This document shows positions 47,395 to 55,434 of a DNA stretch of 64,000 bases, piece after piece. The stretch covers positions 37,828-101,827 of the forward strand of contig CAXNMF010000014.1 in NCBI GenBank assembly GCA_964203275.1, given 5' to 3'. The DNA is from Burkholderiales bacterium (GTDB lineage Bacteria; Pseudomonadota; Gammaproteobacteria; Burkholderiales; SG8-41). The notes beneath the pieces are model-generated. The model had not been told where the DNA came from and did no database searches. It was given only the letters and a program-made list of their open reading frames with translations. The position numbers were made by a program, and so were the translations under genes. Position 1 is the stretch's first letter, and each line of letters starts with the position of its first letter.

Positions 47395-48144
47395 ATGATG
47401 AAAAACGGAGTCGGAGTTCTGGCAGGCCTTTGTTTGGCAGCAGGTATGGCGGCGCACGCTGCTGAAATCACCGTGATCAGCGGCGGCGCGATCGAACCGG
47501 GTTTGAGGGCCGCTGCTGCCGCTTTCGAGAAGCAGGCAGGGCACAAGGTCAATATCACGTTCAACACCACGCCGCAGATGCGCAAACGGGTTGCGGCAGG
47601 GGATACCTTCGATGTGATCATCGCCCCGCCGGGGGCAGTGAAGGATTTCACGGCAGCGGGCAAGGTTGAGGCGGGCGGCGTGGATGTCGGCCGGGTCGGT
47701 TCCGGCGTCGCCGTGCGTCCGGGGGCCCCAGTGCCGGCGATTGCCACAGCCGATGACATCAGGAAAACGGTGCTGGAGGCCGAGTCGATTGTCTTCAATA
47801 CAGCAACGACCGGGCTCTATTTCGAAAACCTGTTGAAGAAGTGGGGCATTTACGAGGACATCAAGGGCAAGGCCGTGCGTTACACCACCGGCGCTGAAGT
47901 GATGAAACACGCGCTGAAAGGCAAGGGCCGCGAAGTGGCCTTCGGTCCGATCACCGAAATCCTGCTGGAAAAAGAACACGGCCTGATCCTGGTCGGGCCG
48001 TTCCCGGCGGAAATCCAGAACTACACCTCGTACATTGCCGTGCCGATGAGCGCCGGGGCGCAGAAGAATGTGGCCCAGGAACTGGTGAAGTTTCTTGGGG
48101 GGCCGGCTGGCAAGCCCTTGTTTGTCGCTGCGGGCATCGAATAA
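47395..48144 (+). CDS. ModA-like (SBP_bac_11) protein with signal peptide
   Basis: AHA/AE cleavage site, ISGGA, GVAVRPGAP.P.I, TG.Y...L, GPFPAEIQNYTSY. Exact start uncertain. Confidence 0.85.
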   Translation: MMKNGVGVLAGLCLAAGMAAHAAEITVISGGAIEPGLRAAAAAFEKQAGHKVNITFNTTPQMRKRVAAGDTFDVIIAPPGAVKDFTAAGKVEAGGVDVGRVGSGVAVRPGAPVPAIATADDIRKTVLEAESIVFNTATTGLYFENLLKKWGIYEDIKGKAVRYTTGAEVMKHALKGKGREVAFGPITEILLEKEHGLILVGPFPAEIQNYTSYIAVPMSAGAQKNVAQELVKFLGGPAGKPLFVAAGIE

Positions 48145-48308
48145 GTATCCTGACGCCGCAATTCGCGGCATAAGCACGCGGTTTTTGGGCGATACTCGCT
48201 TCATCGACCGCGTGCCCGGTCATCGACGCCGGTTCAGGACCGGCGTTGTTCCCACCTGTTGCTGGTGAACCTGCGGGAACCGAAGCGCGCGGCGTTGACC
48301 TGATCATC

Positions 48309-49457
48309 ATGAGCGAAATCCGCCCTTCCGACGACACGCAGCCACCCTCGCACATCACCGATCTGATGCGTGGCCGGCTTGCCTTGACGCCAGCCACAGT
48401 CACGCTGGTCGCGGCCAATGTTCTGGTGTTTGCAGCGATGCTGGCCAATGGCGCTGGCCTGTGGCATTCCCCCAATCATGTGCAACTCGCCTGGGGCGCG
48501 GGCTTCGGGCCTGCGACCAAGGATGGTCAGTGGTGGCGGCTGGGCACAGCCATGTTCCTGCACTTCGGCCTGGTGCATCTGGCGATGAACATGTGGGCGC
48601 TGTGGGATGGCGGCCGACTGGTTGAGCGACTCTACGGTTCGCTGCGTTTCTTCGGCATTTTTCTGGCCAGCGGACTGACCGGCAACCTGTTGTCGCTGAT
48701 TGTTGCCGCCGACCGTGCGGTCTCCGGCGGCGCCTCCGGTGCAATCTTCGGCACCTATGGCGCGCTGCTGGTCTGGTTGTGGCGAGAGCGGCGGTCGGTG
48801 CATCCGACGGAGTTCCGCTGGCTGTTCGGCGGTGCGGCGCTGTTTACGGCGGCGACCATCGGCCTTGGGCTGCTGATCCCGGGCATCGACAATGCTGCGC
48901 ATATCGGCGGGCTTGTCGCGGGGGCATTGCTCGGTGCGGCAGCGGCGCGACCGTTGCCGGGACGGGCCGCGGCAACAGGGCGCCGGCAGTGGTTCGCGGC
49001 TGTAGTGTATGCAGTCATGGTGGCGGTGCTGATCATGCGGATTCCCGATCCGCTGTACCGCTGGAAGGATGAACTGCAGGCGCGTTCGGAGGTTCGCGAA
49101 TTTCTGGTCACGGATCAGATGATTGCGCAACGCTGGCAGGAACTGATGAGCGCGAGCAAAAAAGGCGGAGCGACCTTTGAGGAACTGGCGGGTCGTATCG
49201 AGTCCGACATCACCATGGAATACCAGCAGAGTTTCGAACAACTCTCCGCCTTGAATCTCGACGCTGCGGCGCCTTCGGCTGAAACCGTGGCGATGTTGAA
49301 GCGCTACGCGCAATTGCGCAGCGAAGCCTCACATCTGCTCTCCGAGGGCATACGCCTGAAAGACCAGAAGATGATCGATGATGCGCTGGAAAAAGCGCGG
49401 CAGGCGCCGTATCTGGCGCGTGGCGTCAAACCACCGCCCGCTGCTCCGGAACGCTGA
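48309..49457 (+). CDS. Rhomboid family intramembrane serine protease with C-terminal helical extension
   Basis: QWWRL, FLH.G..HL..N, GASG, NAAHIGG. Confidence 0.92.
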   Translation: MSEIRPSDDTQPPSHITDLMRGRLALTPATVTLVAANVLVFAAMLANGAGLWHSPNHVQLAWGAGFGPATKDGQWWRLGTAMFLHFGLVHLAMNMWALWDGGRLVERLYGSLRFFGIFLASGLTGNLLSLIVAADRAVSGGASGAIFGTYGALLVWLWRERRSVHPTEFRWLFGGAALFTAATIGLGLLIPGIDNAAHIGGLVAGALLGAAAARPLPGRAAATGRRQWFAAVVYAVMVAVLIMRIPDPLYRWKDELQARSEVREFLVTDQMIAQRWQELMSASKKGGATFEELAGRIESDITMEYQQSFEQLSALNLDAAAPSAETVAMLKRYAQLRSEASHLLSEGIRLKDQKMIDDALEKARQAPYLARGVKPPPAAPER

Positions 49458-49509
49458 GGGGTTCTTACACGACTGCAGTGGCCGGTTCTGAATGTACGGT
49501 CAGTTTCGG

Positions 49510-50236
49510 TCAACGGCTCACGGGTTCCAGGCCGCTGCCGGCAATCGCCGGATGCGCTTCTGCCGAAGCCAGGAAAGCGATGACCTTGCGAGCACAGGCG
49601 GGGTCCGGCGAATTCGCGCCAATGCCCACGGTAAAGTTCGACGCCTTCTGCAGTTCCCGCGGCAGCGGTGTGACGTGAGCGATGCCAGGCGATCGGCAGC
49701 AGTTCACTCATCTGCTGGAAGCCGAAGTCGAGTTCACCGCGTGCGAGCACCGTTGCCGACGCGTTCACCGCCGCCGATCAAGCGGCTTTTGGACAGCACC
49801 TGGTCAGCGATGCCGAGACGTTGCACGAGTTCATTCGTGTAGTACTTGCCGCTTTCACTGGCGGAGTAGCCGATGCCTTTTGCCGCGAGTAGTGCCTGTG
49901 CGCAGATCGTCCGCAGTGCGGATCTTCGGATCCGGGCGCGCCTTCGCGTACCGCAAAGCCCATCATAGAGCAAGCGATAGTCGTTGCATGCTCGGCCAGC
50001 ACAGTGACCATCGGCAATGGACTGGCGCAGCACGCCGTCGGCGACGATGACGATGTCCGCCACTTCGCCGCGTTTCAGGCGGTTGGGGATCGAGTTGTCG
50101 CCGGTGCCGATGGACGTGGTGACGGTGACAACGGTTTTGCCGGTCAGTTGCTTTCAAGCTGCGGGATCAGGGACTTGTAAGCAGCGGTGAAGGCGCCGGA
50201 GGTCATTACGCGGAATTCGGTGCTTGTGCTGGTCAT
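49510..50236 (-). pseudogene. ModA-like (SBP_bac_11) gene broken by multiple frameshifts
   Basis: Fragments in alternating frames: VMTSGAFTAAY, SIPNRLKRGEVADIVIV, GFAVREGAP, YSASESG, VLARGELDFGFQQMSELLP, PLPRELQK...SGLEPVSR. Confidence 0.82.
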
Positions 50237-50259
50237 TGTTTGCGAGTTGTTAAAGGCAA

Positions 50260-50343
50260 TTTACAGGCTGGGTGGAATGGACAGGATGGAGCAAGGTTAC
50301 AGGCAGCAGATTTTGATCCTGTAAATCCTGCCCATCCTGTTAA
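50260..50343 (-). repeat. 9-bp-periodic inverted-repeat element, family C (ACAGGAT units)
   Basis: ATCCTGTAA-ATCCTGCCC-ATCCTGTTAA (50316-50343) opposite a degenerate TTTACAGGCT-GGGTGGAAT-GGACAGGAT (50260-50287). Confidence 0.72.
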
Positions 50344-50372
50344 TTTGATTTTGCTTGGATTGAATCCGGAAA

Positions 50373-51356
50373 TTACTGCACCTTCATGCCGACAGATTTG
50401 ACGACCTTGGCCCAGCGTGTGATTTCTTCGCTGTACATCTTGCCGAATTCATCGACCGTGTTGCCGACAGGATCAAGACCCTGGCCGATCAGCAGCTTCT
50501 GCGCTTCTGGGGTGGTCACTGCTTGAGTAATCACTTGCTGCACCCGCTGGGCGATCGGCTTCGGGGTGGCGCCGGGCAGGAATACCGCATACCAGTTGTT
50601 GTAACCGAAACCCGGCACGCCGGATTCGGCGACCGTCGGGTATTCCGGCAATGCCGGTGTGCGTTTCGGGCCGACCACAGCCAGCGCGCGCAGTTTGCCG
50701 GTGGTGAAGAAGGGGCGGGTCGAAATCACGCTGGCGATGGTCATCGAAATGCGCCCGGCGATGACGTCGGTGATGCTCGGCGCGGTGCCCTTGTATGGCA
50801 CGTGAGTGAGTTTCAGCCCCGTCATCTGCGCGAACATTTCCATCGCCAGATGCTGGCCAGAGCCTTGTCCTGAAGAGGAGAACAACAGTTCATCAGGTTT
50901 GGATTTGGCGAAGGCGATGAGCTCCTGCACGTTTTTCACCGGCAACGAGGGATGGACTACCAGCACGCCCGGCGAAACCACGGCCAGGCTCACGGGCAGC
51001 AGATCCTTTTGCGGGTCGTAGCCGAGTTTCATGATGCTCGGTGTGATGGTGATACCGGAGGAGGTCATCAGCAGGGTGTAGCCGTCGGGCGGGGCCTTGG
51101 CCACCAGCTCGGCAGAAATTGAACCGCCGGCGCCGGGCCGATTGTCGGCGACCACGTTCTGTCCCCAGGACTCGCTCATTTTCTGCGCCAGGTAACGGCC
51201 GGTGGTATCAACACCCCCACCCGGCGCAAGCGCGATGATCATGCGGACCGGTTTTGTGGGATAGGCCGGTGATTGTGCTGCAGCCAAGCCACTCCCAAGC
51301 AGCGTTGCCGATAAAACCAGAAATGCCTTGCAGTTACTCCTTGCAAACTGAGTCAT
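50373..51356 (-). CDS. Bug/TctC substrate-binding protein
   Basis: Signal peptide, YPTKPVR, APGGGVD, DNRPGAGG, HVPYKG. GGAGGAG RBS. Confidence 0.93.
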   Translation of the reverse strand: MTQFARSNCKAFLVLSATLLGSGLAAAQSPAYPTKPVRMIIALAPGGGVDTTGRYLAQKMSESWGQNVVADNRPGAGGSISAELVAKAPPDGYTLLMTSSGITITPSIMKLGYDPQKDLLPVSLAVVSPGVLVVHPSLPVKNVQELIAFAKSKPDELLFSSSGQGSGQHLAMEMFAQMTGLKLTHVPYKGTAPSITDVIAGRISMTIASVISTRPFFTTGKLRALAVVGPKRTPALPEYPTVAESGVPGFGYNNWYAVFLPGATPKPIAQRVQQVITQAVTTPEAQKLLIGQGLDPVGNTVDEFGKMYSEEITRWAKVVKSVGMKVQ

Positions 51357-51378
51357 GAACTCCTCCGTTATTTTTTAG

Positions 51379-52704
51379 TTAGCGTTGCGAAAACTCCAGT
51401 ACGTCGAAACCACAATAACGATCAACGATATAAATCAATCCGCGGTTATCAACATCCGTGTCATTGGTCTGCGGGCAGGGTTTGCCGCCGCAAGGTTCGG
51501 GAATGTAGCAGCCGACTTCCTGCGGCGCCGAAGGATCGGCGACATCGACGATGCGCAGGCCGCCGGCAAACCATGCGCAATACAGCAGCGTGTCGCCGCC
51601 TTTCCAGTTTTCCTGGAACTGGTGCCCGCCGAAACGGCCGGGCGTGGTGCGGCTCCACGGGCTGTCGAGTTCGCTGACTTCGAACAGTGACAGCGGCTTG
51701 ATGTTGGACAGGTCGGTGACATCAAGAACCCACAGGCAACCGTGCGGGCGGCCGCGGCGGCGCGCCATTTCCTCGGCGTCATGCGCGTGGTCTTCTTCGT
51801 CGATGGCCACTGCGATGCGTTTGCCGTCGAGTTTTTTCAGTACCGGCATGAAGGTATGCGAGGGTTCCGGGTAGGGCGGGTGGTAGTTGAAGCTGCCGGT
51901 GGTTTTCGGCTTGCGGATGTCGGTGACGTCGATCACGCGCACGCCGCCGTGCCAGCAGCCGGCCCACAGTTCGTTGCCGAAGCGCAGCGTGTGGTGCAGG
52001 CGGTGCTGGCGACCGGGCCAGGTCGGTTTTTCGCCGCCGGCAATATGCTGGCCGGGCATCCACCACTTCGACACTTCCTCCGGTTTCGCCGGATTGCGGA
52101 TGTCATAGGTGACGAGGATGTTACCGATGAATCCCGGCATCTCGGTGGAGATGTAGGCGTAATCCTGGTCCATGTCGAAGCGGTGCACGCCGCGACCATG
52201 GGTTTTCTGGAAGTGGATCAGTTTCGGTTTGGATTTGTCCGATACATCGTAGAGCGCGAAACCGCCGCGCTCGTAGGGATTGCGTTCGGCTTCTTCGACC
52301 GCAGGAATGTCGGCGACGGCAACGCCCAGTTTCGCGGCGAGTTCGGCGTGGGTGGCGTCGCGGCCGAGTTCGGCCTTTAGCCGCGTGCGCAGTTTCGGCA
52401 GTTCGTCAGCCTTGCGGCCGATCGCGGTCATGTTGCGCTCGCTGTTGATGATCATCAGGTCGCCGATGACGCGCGCCTTGTGGCTGTGCGAATCGGGATC
52501 GGCGACATTGAGTTGCGACACGATGCGCGGATTCTGCGGATCTGACACATCCAATATGCTGGTGCCGAGCTGTTGCTTGTTCGGGATATGGCCGATATAG
52601 GCGTAATTGCCCTCCACATAAACCTGGCCGGCGCCCGGCAGGTCGAGGTGTGACAGGCGTTTGACGTTGTGGGCCAGTGTGCCCGCTTTGATGCTGCCGT
52701 CCAT
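51379..52704 (-). CDS. LVIVD-repeat beta-propeller protein with inserted HTH-like segment
   Basis: Repeated ILDVSDP / LYDVSDK / TYDIRNP / VIDVTD / VLDVTD / IVDVADP.AP.EVG.YIP blades and His-rich loops. Confidence 0.85.
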   Translation of the reverse strand: MDGSIKAGTLAHNVKRLSHLDLPGAGQVYVEGNYAYIGHIPNKQQLGTSILDVSDPQNPRIVSQLNVADPDSHSHKARVIGDLMIINSERNMTAIGRKADELPKLRTRLKAELGRDATHAELAAKLGVAVADIPAVEEAERNPYERGGFALYDVSDKSKPKLIHFQKTHGRGVHRFDMDQDYAYISTEMPGFIGNILVTYDIRNPAKPEEVSKWWMPGQHIAGGEKPTWPGRQHRLHHTLRFGNELWAGCWHGGVRVIDVTDIRKPKTTGSFNYHPPYPEPSHTFMPVLKKLDGKRIAVAIDEEDHAHDAEEMARRRGRPHGCLWVLDVTDLSNIKPLSLFEVSELDSPWSRTTPGRFGGHQFQENWKGGDTLLYCAWFAGGLRIVDVADPSAPQEVGCYIPEPCGGKPCPQTNDTDVDNRGLIYIVDRYCGFDVLEFSQR

Positions 52705-52835
52705 GATGTGGTGTCCTCTGCGGTGAGGCGTGAAAGTCTACCTGATGGCCGCGGGTGCCGGGGTGGCTCGGTTAGAATAACCACGGTCTGCTGTTTCACA
52801 GCGGACCACAGCATACCAATCCCGGAGGAGTCCCG

Positions 52836-54572
52836 ATGGCGAAAACAAAAAAACGCCCGGAAGAATTGCGCAGTCACCGCTGGTTCGGTACCAGGGGGCT
52901 GCGTTCATTTACCCATCGTTCCCGTGCGTTGCAGATGGGATATGCGATCGAGGATTTTGCCGGCAAGCCGGTGATCGCGATCATCAATACCTGGAGCGAT
53001 ATCAATCCCTGCCACGCGCATTTCCGCACCCGCGCCGAGGAAGTCAAGCGCGGCGTCTGGCAGGCCGGCGGCTTCCCTCTGGAAATGCCGGCGATTGCGC
53101 TGGCGGAACCGTTCCAGAAACCATCAACCATGCTCTATCGCAACATGCTGGCCATGGAAACCGAGGAGTTGCTCCGTGGTTACCCGGTCGATGGCGCGGT
53201 GCTGATGGGCGGTTGCGACAAGACCACGCCGGCGTTGATCATGGGCGCGACTTCGATGGGATTGCCTTTCATTTATGTGCCCGCCGGGCCGATGCTGCGC
53301 GGCAACTGGCATGGCGAACCGCTGGGTTCCGGCAGCGATTCCTGGAAATACTGGGCGGAACTGCGCGCCGGCAACATTACCGAACACGAATGGGATGAAG
53401 TGGAAGCGGGCATTGCGCGCTCCTACGGCCACTGCATGACCATGGGCACGGCGTCGACGATGACGTCGGTGGCGGAGACGCTGGGTTTGACTTTGCCTGG
53501 AGCGGCGTCGATTCCGGCGCCGGACGCCAATCATCCGCGCATGGCCACGTCCAGCGGCAGGCGCATCGTCGAAATGGTGTGGGACGATCTGAAGCCCACG
53601 GAAATCCTCACGGCAAAGGCATTCGACAACGCGATCACCATGGTTCATGCGCTGTCCGGCTCGACCAATGCCTTGATCCATCTGGTGGCGATGGCGGGAC
53701 GTGCCGGTGTCGATCTCCAGCTTGGCCGCTTTGACGACCTCGCGCAGCGCACCCCGGTGCTGGCCAACATCCGGCCCGCCGGGCAGAAATATCTGATGGA
53801 AGATTTTTATTACGCCGGCGGTTTGCGCGCGATGATGTCGGAACTCAAGGACTTGCTGAACCTCGATTGCGCCACCGTCAACGGCCGTACGCTGGGTGAG
53901 AACCTGGAAGGCGCGAAGATTTACAACGACGATGTGATCCGCCGCCGCAACAATCCGCTGGCAGCCAACGGCGGTCTTGCCGTACTGCGCGGCAATCTCG
54001 CGCCCGACGGTGCGGTGATCAAGCCCACTGCAGCCGAGCCGCATCTGATGAAACACACCGGCCCGGCTGTCGTATTCAAGAACTACGATGACCTTTACGC
54101 ACGCGTCGATGACGAGAATCTGGTTGTCGATGAAAACTCCGTGCTGGTGCTGCAGAACGCCGGTCCGCAGGGCGGCCCCGGCATGCCGGAGTGGGGTCAG
54201 TTGCCGATCCCGAAAAAGCTGCTGCAAAAAGGCGTACGCGACATGGTGCGCATTTCCGATGCGCGGATGAGCGGGACTTCCTACGGCGCCTGTGTGCTGC
54301 ATGTCGCGCCAGAGTCGTACATCGGTGGACCGCTGGCTCTGGTGCGCGACGGTGATTTAATCGAGCTGGATGTCGCCGCACGCAAGCTGGAGCTGAAAGT
54401 CAGCGCCGAAGAACTGGCCAAACGCAAGGCGGCGTGGAAACAGCCGGAACCTCATTACACCCGCGGCTACGGTGCGATCTACTCGCAGCACATCACCCAG
54501 GCCAACAAGGGTTGCGATCTCGACATCCTGCATCACGGCAAGCCGACGCCGGACCCTGAGGTCGTTCATTAA
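52836..54572 (+). CDS. araD: IlvD/Edd-family sugar-acid dehydratase (L-arabinonate dehydratase-like)
   Basis: LRS.RWF, NTWSDINPCH, KPSTMLYRN, GGCDKTTP, CMTMGTASTM, GPGMPEWG, SDARMSGTSYGACVLH. Confidence 0.8.
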   Translation: MAKTKKRPEELRSHRWFGTRGLRSFTHRSRALQMGYAIEDFAGKPVIAIINTWSDINPCHAHFRTRAEEVKRGVWQAGGFPLEMPAIALAEPFQKPSTMLYRNMLAMETEELLRGYPVDGAVLMGGCDKTTPALIMGATSMGLPFIYVPAGPMLRGNWHGEPLGSGSDSWKYWAELRAGNITEHEWDEVEAGIARSYGHCMTMGTASTMTSVAETLGLTLPGAASIPAPDANHPRMATSSGRRIVEMVWDDLKPTEILTAKAFDNAITMVHALSGSTNALIHLVAMAGRAGVDLQLGRFDDLAQRTPVLANIRPAGQKYLMEDFYYAGGLRAMMSELKDLLNLDCATVNGRTLGENLEGAKIYNDDVIRRRNNPLAANGGLAVLRGNLAPDGAVIKPTAAEPHLMKHTGPAVVFKNYDDLYARVDDENLVVDENSVLVLQNAGPQGGPGMPEWGQLPIPKKLLQKGVRDMVRISDARMSGTSYGACVLHVAPESYIGGPLALVRDGDLIELDVAARKLELKVSAEELAKRKAAWKQPEPHYTRGYGAIYSQHITQANKGCDLDILHHGKPTPDPEVVH

Positions 54573-54615
54573 TTTCATTACATCATTCAAATAATTACCA
54601 AGAGGGAGCGAGACC

Positions 54616-55377
54616 ATGGATTTGCCCGTAAATCAATTCAAGAAGGCCATCAAGGCCGGCCAGCCACAGATCGGTATCTGGTCGAGTCTGTGCAGCGCAA
54701 TATCCGCCGAAGTGCTGGCCGATGCCGGCTTCGACTGGGTGCTGCTCGACTCCGAACATTCGCCGAATGAACTGCCCATCGTGCAGAACCAGCTCGATGC
54801 AATGCTTGCCGGCAACACCGAACCGATCGTGCGCCCGGCGTGGAACGACACCGTGATGATCAAGCGCTTTCTCGATGTCGGTGCGCGCACGCTGCTGATT
54901 CCTTATGTGCAGAACGTTGAAGAAGCCAAACGTGCCGTTGCTGCGACGCGTTATCCGCCGCAGGGTGTGCGCGGCGTCTCCGGTTGCACGCGCGCCAACC
55001 GCTATGGCCGCACCAAGGATTATTTCAAGCGTGTGCATGACGAGTTGTGTGTACTGCTCCAGGTGGAAACGCTGACCGCGATGAAACAGATCGAGCAGAT
55101 TGCCGCGGTTGAAGGTGTCGATGGCGTGTTCATCGGCCCCAATGATCTGGCCGCCGACATGGGCCATCTCGGCAACTGGCAGCATCCGGACGTATGGAAG
55201 GTGATGGAAGACGCCGCGAAACGTATTGCCAAGGCCGGCAAGGCGCCGGGTATTCTGGTCGGAGAAGCCGACGGCCAGCGTTGCCTCGACATGGGATACA
55301 AATTTGTGGCGGTCGGGTCCGATCTGGTGATGCTTGCGCGGGGCAGTGAGGCGCTCGCAGCAAAATTCAATAAATAA
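54616..55377 (+). CDS. HpcH/HpaI-family 2-keto-3-deoxy-acid aldolase (GarL/RhmA-like)
   Basis: GFDW.LLD.EH.PN, VRP.WND, RYPP.G.RG, QVET, FIGPNDL. Confidence 0.92.
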   Translation: MDLPVNQFKKAIKAGQPQIGIWSSLCSAISAEVLADAGFDWVLLDSEHSPNELPIVQNQLDAMLAGNTEPIVRPAWNDTVMIKRFLDVGARTLLIPYVQNVEEAKRAVAATRYPPQGVRGVSGCTRANRYGRTKDYFKRVHDELCVLLQVETLTAMKQIEQIAAVEGVDGVFIGPNDLAADMGHLGNWQHPDVWKVMEDAAKRIAKAGKAPGILVGEADGQRCLDMGYKFVAVGSDLVMLARGSEALAAKFNK

Positions 55378-55396
55378 TAATATAATCAATAACTTA
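55375..55396 (+). promoter_or_regulatory. IHF-consensus site at gene end
   Basis: TAATAATAT-AATCAATAACTTA (core 55384-55396). Confidence 0.65.
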
Positions 55397-55434
55397 TAAT
55401 AAATTCCCGGCGTAACAACCGGGCTCAGATCACG

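Noticed and set aside
44863-48144. Naming these genes modA
   Set aside because: No modB/modC/modE nearby, the typical AAASL anion-binding motif is absent, and two of the three lack signal peptides.
46213-48204. 663-aa minus-strand ORF
   Set aside because: Antisense to two credible plus-strand genes.
51379-52704. Calling the LVIVD protein a sigma factor
   Set aside because: Only a region-3-like segment is present, and regions 2 and 4 are absent.
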